In this document: piece after piece, positions 37,040-50,575 of the stretch
How the letters are laid out: each line of letters opens with the position of its first letter
How positions within the stretch are numbered: position 1 is the first letter of the stretch
Assembly (NCBI RefSeq): GCF_001194135.2
Contig: NC_068996.1
Span: forward strand, 2,442,522-2,506,521
Length of the DNA stretch: 64,000 bases
Direction of reading: 5' to 3'
Source: Octopus bimaculoides
Taxonomy: Eukaryota
Notes under the pieces: model-generated
What the model was told of the DNA's origin: nothing
The model's database searches: none
The model's input: the letters and a program-made list of their open reading frames with translations, nothing else
Position numbers and translations under genes: made by a program

Positions 37040-38580
37040 ATAAGGGCTGCTGAGGCCACATGCAGCTGTGCTGTAAGTTAAATGTGAGCTAACAATGGAT
37101 ACACTAGTGAATTTACTGTGTAGGTAGGGATTCATCAGGGTTCACTTGGCAGTACCCTTTTATTTATCATAGTCCTCCAGGCTATAATGGAGGAATGTAA
37201 GACCGGTTGCCTATGGGGGCCCCTCTATGCTGATGACCTTGCCATTATGGCTGAAAGAGTAGAAGAATTAGAAATAAAATTCCAAGTATGAAAGCAAAAC
37301 CAGTTAACTTTGTGAAAACTGAAGTTTTAATTAGCCGGAAAACAGACAGAATGCTAATTCCTTTGGATAAACCGGCCTGTTCCATATGTAAATAGGGTAT
37401 GGACAGATAGTCCATGTGGTGTGCTCAGGGCAAACATAAGGTTAACAAAGAAAGTAGAGTTTGTTTGTGGCAGATGCATAGGAGCAATAAATAACATTGG
37501 AAATAGGTGTTTTGAAATGCCCTAGAGGCCCCCTTGACATTGTAGATATTTTATGTTATCTAGGTGACCTAATTAGCAGTGGTGGATGATGCTTTAAAAG
37601 TATAGTTGATAGAATAAAAATTGGCTAGAGAAAGTTTAGAGAACTTCTACCTTTGTTGGTAACTAAAGACCTCTCTCTCTCAGAATGAAAGGCAAATTGT
37701 ATGATGCCTGTGTACAAACAGGAATGTTACATGGATGTGACATTCGGGTTGGGAATGCAGAGGACATATGGAGACTTGAAAGAATTGAGGCAAGTATACT
37801 CCGATGGATGTACAATGTCTGTGTGTGCATGCATGACAAAATATGAATGTGGAAAATTGAGCATAAGTGACACAGATGTGGTGTGCAGGGGAGAAGATTG
37901 CACTAGTATGGTCATTGATGCAGATGGATGAGGTCAGTTGTATAAAGCAGTGCCAATTGCTAAACATGGAAGAAGTTGATCTAGGAAGATATAGGATGAA
38001 ATGATGAAGACTGATCTCAAAATGTTAGGCCATCTCAGAGGGATGATGGTTTACAACACTGAATGGTGTTAACTCTGTGCTTTTAAGAAGACCTGTCCAT
38101 CTCAGCAGAAGTGAGGCTCTATCAAGCCTTCTTCCCCCTGCAACTCATCTTCATTTTCTTTGCTTCCCACTACGCTGAACTCATATCCTCTGCATCCAAC
38201 TCATTCTTACTCTATAATCATGCTATTCTCACTCAGTGCACTTCCTATTTCGTTTCATATTCACATTCTACTTGGGTCTCACATTTCATTCTTTCTCTCT
38301 CTCTTTTTCTCACTTTCCTTGTGGGTAAGCCATGTATTCATGTCTTCAGCATGACACCTGCTCTTGTCCCTCTGTTATAGTTTCTTATTCCCCCCGTTTA
38401 TACCCTGCTCCACTCCAATTCAGGGACCTTATCTTGCCCATATTTGGCAAACTCACCAGTGTTGGTGTCATGTAAAAAGCACCCAGTACACTCTGTTAAG
38501 TGGCTGGCATTCAACTGTTGAAGACGTGCCAATAAAGACATAGGACCTGGCAGAGCCTGCATAGAAAAAGGGGCTTTAAA
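37040..38580 (+). mobile_element. Decayed RTE LINE, RT to 3' end
   Basis: GCLWGPLYADDL, YLGDLIS and KGKLYDACVQTGMLHG-like peptides, a pyrimidine-rich 3' block, then a degenerate terminal module. Confidence 0.85.
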
Positions 38581-38588
38581 TGATCACA

Positions 38589-38621
<33 letters not shown>

Positions 38622-39713
38622 CTTTTTTTTTTTGGTCAGTCATTTGACTGTGGCCATGCTGGGGGTATATATATATTAACCAATCAATAGAATTCCAACT
38701 TAGTCTGATTCTTCTATACACAATTATACAAACTCAGTTATATAAATATATATATGTATGTGTGTGTGTTTATACATATATACATGTATGTATATATGTA
38801 TACGTGTATGTGTATATATATATGTATCTATTAATATGTATGGTGTGTGTATATATACATATATATATATTTATATATACATACATACATTTATAATATA
38901 TATACAACTATAAAGCATATAATACACGTGCATGGTTTTGAGTTCAGTCCCACCCTGTGGCACCTTGGACAAGTGTCTTCTGTTGGCTTGGGCTGATGAA
39001 AACCTTATGAGTGAATTTGGTAGATGGAAGACAAAAGAAGCCTGTTGTATACACAATCAGACACATAGATCCACACACACATATGCATGCACACATGTAT
39101 CTATGTGTGTGTATGTTTGTGTCTCCTTGTTTTGACATCATGTCATTATTGTAAATGAATGTTATTCATTTACAAGATTCTCTTGTCAAGGGGAAATATT
39201 ACTTTGCTTCCAAACAGCAACAGGACAGGCAGCTGAACATTGAAAATCTGCTTTGATTATGTATATGTCTAATCCAAATGATGAGGACACATACACACAC
39301 ACAAATGCATGCACATATGTATATATGGGCATAAAGTCAACAGACGAGATCCAGAGACTCTCAATATAAGACAACTCTTAATAGTGCTCAAATGGTTTAA
39401 ACTTACACTCTGATATACCAGGGACCAAGTCTGCAGAGTAAAGGACGCCTATAAGAGGAATCTAGGCGAGTAGAGTACAAACGACAGAGACCAAATTTAC
39501 TTGCTTTCATTACTGGTTGCATATTCTTATGAACTAGATCTGCAAACATTATGAAGGATCTCCAGAAACAACTGTTGGACTTGTAACACCTTCAACCCTT
39601 TTAATTTTCTATGATATTTGTAAGTTTACTCTATTAATATATAGATATCAATATATTTATACTTGAATGTTCATCGTTTGAAAAATCTGCCTTTGCTTTC
39701 TCTCTATTCATTT

Positions 39714-39763
<50 letters not shown>

Positions 39764-39799
39764 TGCACATAAAAGCCAAGCAGTTTCATTTGTTTATTT

Positions 39800-40150
39800 C
39801 ATCATCATCATTATCATCGTTTAACATCCGTTTTCCATGCTGGCATGGATTGGACGGTTCGACTGGGGTCTTGGAAGCCGAGAGGCTGCATCAGGCTCCA
39901 ATCTAATTTGGCACAGTTTCTACAGCTGGATGCCCTTCCTAACGCCAACCACTCAGAGAGTGTAGTGGGTGCTTTTTTACGTGCCACTGGAACAGGGGCC
40001 AGAGGAGCTGGCGTCAACCATGATTGGATGGTGCTTTTTATGTGCCACTGATACAGAAGCCAGTCAAAGTGGCACTGGCATCGGCCATGTTCGGATGGTG
40101 CTTTTTACATGCTACTGGCACGTGTCACAACTACAATTTCCATTTGATTT
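39800..40150 (-). mobile_element. LINE 3' terminal module with subrepeats
   Basis: (ATC)n, then gtttaacatccgttttccatgctggcatgg... Confidence 0.8.
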
Positions 40151-40205
40151 GATTTTGATCTCTCTTTCTCTCTCTATGTATATATATATGTTTGTGTGTG
40201 TTAAT

Positions 40206-40246
<41 letters not shown>

Positions 40247-40714
40247 AATATGTGTTTCCACTGTATGAGTATGCATACCAAAATCCAAATTGCTTTGCTA
40301 GTCCTGCATTTTCTTGCAGACATTGACATACAGACATTCAAGCTGGGCATCAACTACTTTGCTCTCTTCTGTCTGTGAGTGAGGACTGCAAAGGATATAA
40401 ATACCAATCCTTCCCCTTGCTTACCTGAACAAATGTTTGGTTCACTATTTATTAAGATTTTCATTTTATAGGAAGTAAATCATTTGATTGTGAAGCTAGA
40501 GCTTTCGTAAAGAGTTTTTACTTTTATCTGTCTGATAATATTTCTTACAAGGAACTAATATTGTAGCTGTTAACTTAATGCCTTTAAGAGAAAAAGAAGT
40601 AAAAGTGAAAAACCATCTAAATAAATAAGAAATATTTTAATTTACAAGCTTTAATGTTTGCATTATGTGCCAATATATAGTATGTTTGTTTTGTATTAAT
40701 AATCATATCACCAT

Positions 40715-41270
40715 CATCATCATCATCATCATCATTTAATGTCCATTGTCCATGCTGGCATGGATTGGATGGCTTCACCAGAGCTTTTAAGCTGAGGTGT
40801 TGCACCAGATTCCAGCCTGATTTTAGCATGGTTTCTACAGCTGGATGCCCTTCCTAATAATGCCAACCACTCTGAGAGTGTAATGGGTGCTTTTACTGGT
40901 GTCAGTTGTGTGACATCAGTATCTGCCAAGACTACAATTTCACTTTCCTTGATGGGTCTTCTTCTCAAGCATGGCATATTGCCAAAGGTCTCGGTCATAT
41001 GTCATTGCCTCCATGAGGCCCAATGCTTTTCACATGCCACTAGAACAGGTACTAGTTATGTGGCACAGGTACTAGTTATGTCACATTGCCTCCATGAGGC
41101 CCAACACTGAACAGGTAATTTTTACATACCACCAGCATGGATGCCAGTTACATGACATTGGCATCAACCATGACTACAATTTCATTTGGCTTGATAGGTC
41201 TTCTTCTCAAATGTGGCATATTACCAAAGGTCTTGGTTACTAGTCATTACTGTGAGGCCCAATGTTCGAA
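40715..41270 (-). mobile_element. LINE 3' end with a tandemly repeated ORF-end segment
   Basis: 'ggtcttcttctcaa...ggcatatt.ccaaaggtct.gg' occurs twice (about 40955 and 41195). Confidence 0.7.
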
Positions 41271-41354
41271 ATGAACTTCGGAGTTGAGGAAACACTTATC
41301 TAAAAATAGTACTAATCTTAATAATTTCAAAAAATGATGATATAACTTTCTGTT

Positions 41355-41392
<38 letters not shown>

Positions 41393-44300
41393 GTTCAGTA
41401 GTTTTATTTTTATAACATGCTTTCACTTCACTACCGAGCGAACCCTATGTGCTTTGGGTATGTGATGTGGTTTGCTGTGATGCTCTTATTATTAGTGTTA
41501 TTTATTATTATTATTATCATCAATTCTTAAGAAGGCCAAACTGCATTCATGTAATCAGCTGAATGTTTAAATTTTTTTTTTTTTTCCTGAAATTATTTTG
41601 TTTTCCAGATTTATACAATATTTTGTTATTTTTTTTTTAAAGGATTGAACCAGTTATGAAATTATTTTTCTTACTGTAAATAATAGTTATATTAATATGG
41701 CTCGTTTTAAGAACTATACTGTTTGTCTTCTAGATTGAATAGACTATTTGTGTTATTTGCTGATAGCTTTTTCATTCTGTTGGTCCTAATTGGCCAAAAG
41801 TCAAGTGACTGTTATTATAAGTATAATATTTATGTTGAAAAAAATATTTCTATTATTGTTAATGCTAAAGGTATGTGGCCTATTTTCCAGCAAATCTTGC
41901 AATATATAAGTTTTTTACATTATATTATCGTTTATTATTGTATATTCATTATATTATTGTTTCATTGTATTTTCTCACCTTTCTTTGTGCAACTAGTATG
42001 AAACAAAATAAAACAGAAATAGATAAAACAGTATGTTTGTGTTATAAAGTTTTTTCATGATTCTACCACAGTGCAGTTGCTTGTTTCTGCACAATTTCAG
42101 TTCAAGTGCAAGTCTCAAAAAAGTGCAACCCAAAAATAATAATAAAAAAAAGAAAAACTATAATGATAAAAAAAAAAAATGTTTCTTGATACATATGTGA
42201 GTGGTGGAATGTAAAATGACATGTTTGTCTTTGTCAGTTGTAATTTGTATAGAAAGATAAAGACCTACATTTTGCAGGAGAGGTGGAACTGTTTAAATTG
42301 ATCCTTCAGTAAATATTTATGTTTTTAAGTGAAAAGCAAAATTAAGCTGTGCGGGAATTGCAATAACTATATGCATATATGATGAAAATGATAAAATTTT
42401 AAGTTTTAGTTGTAACTTGTTTCAATCATTGGAAGCAGGCCTTTTCTGTTTACAAATAATTTGATGCCTTGATCTAGTTCCTTATACCGTACCTTACCCT
42501 GTGTGACATCAATTTTCATTAGGAAATATAGGTGGGAATGGTTTTTGTGAAAGTCCTCACTGAAGACGGTGACTAAACTCTTTGAATGATGTGTCTGCAG
42601 TTACTGATTTTAAGTTAAGTTACTTACTGATGACCAAAGCAGTGGGTTGCTGTAACCTACAAATTGGGCATTTTTCATTTTTTCTAGCCTGTCTCAGATC
42701 ATGTAAAGACCATGGTTGCTGCTCTTTCACTTGGAACCTAGCCAAAAAAAAAAAAGAAAGAAAAAAAAAGATTTTACCTACTGTAAAATCGTCATCTATA
42801 CCATGGCAAATTTCATTGTGTAGTCTCTGAGCAACTGAACAAACTGGAGTTATCGCTGTATCCAGTGAACATGGGGGTAGCACTTAGTCATGCATGAACA
42901 CTTGTAAAATGGAATAAAAGCCATATTTAATTCAAAGAAGCCATCAGTAAGCCAAACTAAAATCAAAGATGCAATAAAACAAATGGTTGTTAATGAGAGC
43001 ACAGTATTGTTTTTAACTACTGCAAATAAGTTTAGGTGATTCTACTTCTCTCTGGAAGAATCATTGAATAAACAGATACAAATGTAAGATGTTGCTGCTG
43101 GGAAACTCAGGAAGCAAAATAATAATAATAAGAAAAAAAAAAGAAGAAGAAATGACCTCATTAACTATCTAGACTGCAGAAGGCCCACACTAGTTAGCAA
43201 CATCAGCAGCAGCAGTGAAGCAGTTGTGGCAATGATTAGGGTAGAATCAGTTTTTGAGATAGAAAAGCTTGTCATTAGAGTTCATATTCTGGTGTGACTG
43301 GCAGGGAGGGATATCCTGTCTCTTTGATGATTACATATTTTCTCTTTCTTTTTTTTTCTCAATTTCTTTCTTTGTATCAGTCTGGAATTTTGTGTTTTTT
43401 TACGCGACAATAGTGTTTATATATTAATTGTTATATTTTAACTTTTATTTCTTACACCATCAGCCTTTCTTTCCAACTGCATAGTTATCATTTAGTATGA
43501 GAGACAAGTCAATAGCTCTGTCTGTCTGCCTTTTATTTATTTATTTATTTTGCACCTCCTACTTGCCTCTCCACTCTTCTCTCTCCGTTTCGTTTTTTTT
43601 TTTTTTTTCTGATGTTAATAACAGGACACCGAAGTTGTAATAATTATTACTTGACATTAAGATATGTGTATGTAGGGGATGGAAAGCAGGAGAGTCAGTA
43701 AATTGCTGGACAAAATGCCTTGTAGTAGGTATTTAGTAATTTAAAGAAAAGGACTTTTGGAAGACTGTACGTCACTCTCTGCTTTCTGAGTTTGAATCCT
43801 GCCAGTGTAAATAACTACCTGGCTAGTATGCCCTGGGGTTTTGTTTTGATGACTTACTCCTCTTTCCTTGTAAATTCTGAGTTTATGTGAGAAATCAATA
43901 ATTATTACTTGACATCAACTACTTTTTATTGTTATTTTTTGTTTTTAGCCCCAGGTCAGCTCTGATCAAAGATTATTCAGTTATGGTTTTCCTCCTTTTA
44001 TTATTTTATTGTATTGTTTTCAAATGTAGCATGTCTATGGATACGTGAACCAAATACATACTTAATTTTTTTTTTCTGCAAACCATATGTGGTGAATTTT
44101 AGAGGGTTTTTGTCTGCTCTTTCTAGTAGACTGAATGGCAATGTTGAAACTTCTTACTTGGTTTTTTGCTATTCATGTTAGAATAACTGTTATGTATGTG
44201 TGTGTGTGTGTGAAATGATATGTGCTTTTTCCATGAATCTTGCATCGCATTGTATTCCTCAGGTCTTTGGTTAGGTTTTGTCTTTGGTTTTGTATGATGA

Positions 44301-44810
44301 GTTACAGAGAAGCAACTTTTGAAATTCTGTCACAAATAACTTTACTATCAAAAACATTCTGATAATTGGAATATCTTGGATTACACACCATATTATTACC
44401 CACTGAGATGTAAATATATCACCGTTTCACTTGACCAATCTCACACATTTACACACACAAATATACACACTCTTATACAATAGTTTTTAACCCATAATTT
44501 CGTTCACAAGGCACTGATCATCCTCAGGTTATAAGAAAAGGTGCTGCACAGTGGAACTGAACCAAACTCAGTACGAAAATGCTGTAAAGTGAACTCCATA
44601 AACTCACAGAAATGTCTACATCTATAAATGCATGCACACATGTATTTAAATGTACACACGTTTGTAATGTAATTATGTGTGTGTATGTGCATCCACACAC
44701 ACATACAGTGATGGATGTCTATTATTCAATGAAGAGTTCAGTTGGTTGATCAACTGGGTTATGTACTCCTGCTGTGAGTGGTTGAGCATTCCACTGATGT
44801 ATTGTAACAG

Positions 44811-44946
44811 TAACCTTTAGCATGCTGAAGGCTAATCATGTTACTGTATGAGTTTTCTCCCCTGTAGCTGCAGGCACATTGTGTTGCATTGAGAGGGGAG
44901 AAAACTCATATGGTGACATGATTCACCTTCAACATGTTAAAGGTTA
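44811..44946. mobile_element. Fold-back TTAA (piggyBac-type) MITE, 53-bp arms
   Basis: Arms 44811-44863 and 44894-44946 are reverse complements with about 7 mismatches; right end ggTTAA; inserted at the TTAA of a host SINE. Confidence 0.8.
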
Positions 44947-45168
44947 ATGTAATTCTTGGGCAAACTATCTGCATAGCATTTGGTGTTCTTTTTGAATTCA
45001 AGTACAGTCCACCCAACTAACTTCTGTATTATATGCATCTACCTATTTTCACTCACAAAGTACAAGAACACCAGGGGCATTTGAAACAAAGGAAATTGTC
45101 AAAGATGCCATGCTGTGAGATTGAACCCAGAGTCTTGTTACAAAGTGTACTTTTGAACAATTTGACCA

Positions 45169-45256
<88 letters not shown>

Positions 45257-46062
45257 ATGGATTACTCCAACTACCATAACATGACTATTTGTCCATTAGT
45301 CAGAAGTCTGTTGAATGTTTGTCATGCACTACTCACCAGGCACAGATGCTAGCTTAGTAGAAAGTGTTTTGGTTTCTGCAGAAAATATGCCCTGTGTCAA
45401 AATAAAACCAAGGCCAGCAAGATCAAAAATGGCTGAAAGGATCTCCAGATGTCAGAGTTCAATCTACTTCACATATGTCCATGCTATAAGAATATCATTC
45501 CAAATGTTTTCTCCTCATTAACTTGCTGTGGCCAACTTTGCAACTGTAGAAATAAAGCTCATTTCTTCTATACCACACTTCAATGAAATGGAGACATGGC
45601 ACTAGATATACTCATACACATATTTAGTGGACACGTGTACACATTTTAGATGGCTATTCACTTGTCTGAACTCATTTAGCTTTTGACAGGTTTTACTTTT
45701 CATCCTGCGAGGCGTCCAAATTTACCATCCTCACAGACCAGCTTGGTTGGAATGACAGTTTAGGCTTATGCTCTGACCATTCAAAAGGTTCTACTAGGTT
45801 ACATGTTACCAGTAACACTCCCAAGTGGGCTGACCAAACACACACACACACACACACACACACAACTTTATTTACCCATGTCTCAGAGTTCAATTGCATG
45901 AATATGCTGTGGTTCAGTAACGATCATCATGATAAAAGAAGACCTTTACTCTTGATACTGATGACGCCATTAAATATTTAGTTAATTGAATGTCAGTGTG
46001 GCCTAAATGATAACATATCACACACATACACATGCTATGAGAAAATAACATGCGCACACACG

Positions 46063-46099
<37 letters not shown>

Positions 46100-46486
46100 T
46101 TGGCACATTGAATGCTTTCTTTTTTGTACTTTTAAACCAAGCAGAATTTACCTACCATATTTATTCATGTATGATAGGAGAGGTTTAATTGGAAACATCA
46201 GGGTCAAAATTGATGGGTATCATTATGCTCAAGTGTAAGGCAAGAAAAGATAAGAAAATGAAATATATTAATGATTTTTAGGTACAAAAAGTGGGTTTGC
46301 ATATATAATCATCATCATAATCATCATTGTACTGTTTGCATGGGCCAGAGTTTATTGATTTAAATTTTCTAAGGTTCGAAGCCCCTTCTGCTGACAAGTA
46401 GGTAATATCTTATTTTCAGAGTAATATTTCCCCATGGTCAGACCTGTTTTCACAGAATACTGGAAATGAATTACACACATATGTGT

Positions 46487-46534
<48 letters not shown>

Positions 46535-48099
46535 ATAAATATACAACAGGCTTCTTTCAGTTTTTGTCGACCAAATCCACCCAAAAGGCTTTCATCAGCC
46601 TGGGGCTATAGTAGAAGATACTTGCCCAGGTACTACATAATAGGGCTGATCCCAAAACCATCTGGTTGGAAAGCAAACTTCTTAATTGCATAGCAACCCC
46701 TGTGCTTTGTATTTGAATAAATTTTGTAGTTATCTGTTTTTTGCTATATTTGAAAAAAAAAAAAAAATCTACAAGTTTTAAATAATTTATGTAAAAATAG
46801 ATTGATGATATATCATGTGCTGCCAACAATAAACTAAACTAGTTTGTTGTTGTAAGTGATTTATATGGTTAGTATTAGAGTGAAATGAAAGAATCCTTAC
46901 GAAGTAGTTATGGTTTACATCAACAAATATAGTAAAGGCAAAGGTTCACAAACTAGAATATATTATTTTGCATTAATTAGAAGACAAGTTTAATGTTTCA
47001 GCTAGAAGCCATCATCAGAGTATTAGCTATGTAACATTTATTCATGTTGCTGTTTAATAGATTGGAAGACACAACGTTATGGGCAAATATTTCTTCTATG
47101 TCTTTAAAGAGTTTTACCTCAGACAATAGACTTCTTTCCTGCTTGATGACTTAAATAATTTATTCCATTCAGTGTACATTTTGTATCTTTAATGTATGAT
47201 TAACGAGCACTCCATTGGTTATGACGATGAGGGTTCCATTTAATCCGATCAACGGAACAACCAGCTCATGGAATTAACATGCAAATGGCTGAGCAGTCCG
47301 CAGATATGTTTACCTTTAACGTAGTTCTCGGGGAGATTCAGTGTGACAGAGAATGTAATGAAACTGGACCCTTTAAACTACAGATACTATTCATTTTTGC
47401 CAGCTGAGTGAACTGAAGCAATACAAAATAAAGTATCTTGCTCAAGAATACAATGTACTGCCGGGAATCAAACTCACAACCATACAATGATGAGCCGAAT
47501 ACCCTAAGCACTGAGCCATCAAAATGAAATTAGACTTTGACATATGAGCCACAGAACGAACTTCTTTGTGCTAACTCAAACTACAAAAATTGTTGCCAAA
47601 CTTATACCAAATCTTCATGCTAAAAATAGAGAAGGCATATTTAATAATGCAATCTCAAAAATAGTAAATAAACAAAAAGAGGTCACTTGTCATGATTTCA
47701 GTACTTTTAAGTAAGGATGACCTGATCTGGATTGAAGCTGACTGATGATGGTAAGGAAAGATTCTTTGTGATTTGTGGCTCTAGAATATATTTAGTCATA
47801 AGTCTCATCAATCAAGACTAACCTACAGGCTAAATGAATGAAGCAACAATATCAATTAGAGAAACAAAACAACTGATTTGTCCCTTATGTCATGGCTGTT
47901 TGTTTCTACCATTGGGTCATTGTGTGCCCTCTATTCAGCATATATGAATAGCAGCATTGGTCATTTTCCAAAGTACTCATGTATGTTCTGTTGTCATCAT
48001 TTCCCTTTCTTCTTCCATTTCCCCCACCCCTACCCATTTCATCTCACCCTTTACTCTTCTCTGGTCTCTGAAAATATACATGGTGAGTAGTAGTAGTAG

Positions 48100-48440
48100 G
48101 TTCACTTGTCTGACCATGGTGTAATTAATAAGTTACCAGTGTTTGGCTCTGGAATTTATCCTTGAGGCCTTATCTTTGCCTTTCCGCTGGAAGATAGTGT
48201 TTATAATATTGTCCACATCGAAAAAGATGTCAGATGATATTATTGTTACTTCCTGATGATTCAATTCCAGTTTTCTTACTCCTTCCTTACTCTTCCTTTA
48301 AAATCAGCCATTAAAACATCAGGACTACTTTGTCTTATTTTGCTATGTTAGTTAGTAGTTGATCTAATGTTGTGTTAAAAGTGCCTTTTATGGTAGCTGT
48401 CATATTCCTTGCTGCCAATTGTTTTATGATGCTAATGTAT
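48100..48440 (-). mobile_element. RTE APE endonuclease fragment
   Basis: LDQLLTNIAK*DKVVLM, IINTIFQRK and KHW*LINYTMVR resemble APE motifs. Confidence 0.55.
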
Positions 48441-50450
48441 AATGTTCCCATTAGAAGTCCTAGCATATTCAGACCTGCTCTCATTGTATAACTTGACAAT
48501 GTTATCAAACATGATGGATGAAAAAGTCTACATTGCAGAGGAAAATACAGGCAACTATCATTTTCAGATGACCATGTTCTTATAGCAAAATCTGTTGTAG
48601 AATTAGAGAAGAGAATCCAGAGATGGAAGCAAAATCTGGGATGAAATAGTCTTGAACATAACTTAGCAAAGACCAAAATTCTAGATAGAAGTTTAATTCC
48701 ATCAGGAAAAATTGTTTTGCTTGATATATAGAAAAAGTTGTCAGTAGAAATTTCATACTGTGTACCCAGTGCAAAGTATGAACACACAAAAGATGTAGTG
48801 TCACAGGAAGGTTAATGGAGAAGGTAGACCTTGTATGTAGCAGATGCATATGAGCAGTAAACAGTAAGGACTCACAAGTGATTTTTCTTGAATGTCCAGG
48901 AGGTCCCCTAGAGGTAGTAGATAGTTTCTGTTACATAGATGACTTAATTGGCAGTGGAGGAGGATGTCATGGAAATATATTTGCAAGAATAAGAATAATA
49001 TGTAAGATGTTCATTGAGCTGTTGGTGACAGAAGGTTTCTCAGATTGTAAGACATTTAAGGGAGACTTGGGCACTGAATGCGGAAGATATGTGAAGAAGA
49101 CTAGAAAGGAATGAAGTTAGTTTGTTCTGTTGGATGTGCAACATCAGTATACTTGTACAACAAAGTGCGAATGTGTTGAGAGAAAAATTGAATACAAGAG
49201 AGAAGACTGTCCTAGTATGGTCATGTGATGCAGGTGGATGAGGACAGTGCCAGTCACATAAAGTGAATGGAACTTGTACAAATGAAGACCTAAGAAAACA
49301 GAGACAGAAGAAGTGAAAACCGATCTCAAATAGTTGAACATCATGGAGAGATAACAAAGGTATGAGATAGTTGGCAATTTGTTGTGCTTGAAAAGATCCT
49401 CCATCATGGTGAAAGTTAGGTCTTAAATGCACATTGTTTATATCTTATACTCTCACTGGGCCGGGCCCTACACCCACTTAGTTCCTATCAAGCCTTCCTT
49501 TTTATCTTCATAACATCCATTCCCCCTTCATTTTTCTAACTACAGTACTATTCAGGAGAATTTAATACATGATTCATTCCTGTTGGCATTACCAGTTACT
49601 TCTCCATATCCTCCCTGGAACCCCTTACTTTTAACATCCATTGCCTTTCTCAGTATCTTCCTTTTCCCACCAGTTGCCCCTTTATGTGCCTTCACTTATC
49701 TCTCCTTATCCTCTGAGCTTCATCATGGGACTGTCATACCTCATCTATGGCTTCCCCACCAATCTGTATCGCCTACTCACTGTAGCCACTCCTACATACT
49801 TGTGACCTACATCTTTGTCTTTCTCTCTCCTCCTCCCACCACCCTCCTACTTCACACATAATCTCACCATTTTGTGAACAAGCTACAAGTTTATTGTATT
49901 GCTGCTCTTTACCTTTCCTCCTGTACTGTCACTTATCACCACCCCCTTTTTGTGAACCACTCCTATCATTGATCCACCCCTCTATACTGATATTTACAAT
50001 CCACCACTCATTCACTCCCCCACCCATATCTCCTATCATGCTCTTTTGAACTTATCCACCCATGTTTCTTGATATTCTTTTTCTTCTTTCTTTTACTGTG
50101 TGACATCATCTCTGTCTATGTCTCTCTTACAGCTACTCTCACACATCCTTGTTTAATGCAGAGTTGTCACATATCTCCCTTGTTGCAAGGCACAAGTGCT
50201 GGTCTCACTGGTCAACATGAGTAACCTCATTCAGTTGAGGGGCTTTTTCTTTGTCTTGCCCATTATGTAGCTTGCTGACCTCATCAGTGCCGGTGTTATG
50301 AGAAAAGCACCCAGTGCACTCTGTAAAATGGTTGGCATTAAGAAGAGCATCCACCTGTAGAAACCATGCCTAAGCAGACATTGGAGCTTGACATAGTCTT
50401 GATAGTTTAACTATCCAATCCTAATATGGAAGACATGTTAAATGATGATT
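48440..50450 (+). mobile_element. Decayed RTE LINE, RT to 3' end, with a long pyrimidine-rich block
   Basis: FSDDHVLIAKSVVELEKRIQRWKQNL, NLAKTKIL and LEVVDSFCYIDDLIGSGGG; terminal module at about 50290-50450. Confidence 0.8.
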
Positions 50451-50462
50451 GATGTTTTAATG

Positions 50463-50501
<39 letters not shown>

Positions 50502-50538
50502 TGTGTGTGTGTATATATANNNNNNNNNNNNNNNNNNN

Positions 50539-50575
<37 letters not shown>

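Noticed and set aside
41734-41870. Open AG...GTATGT-bounded segment ending IIVNAK
   Set aside because: It starts in phase 2, which is incompatible with the phase-1 end of the MICU exon; the peptide is AT-biased with no MICU similarity.
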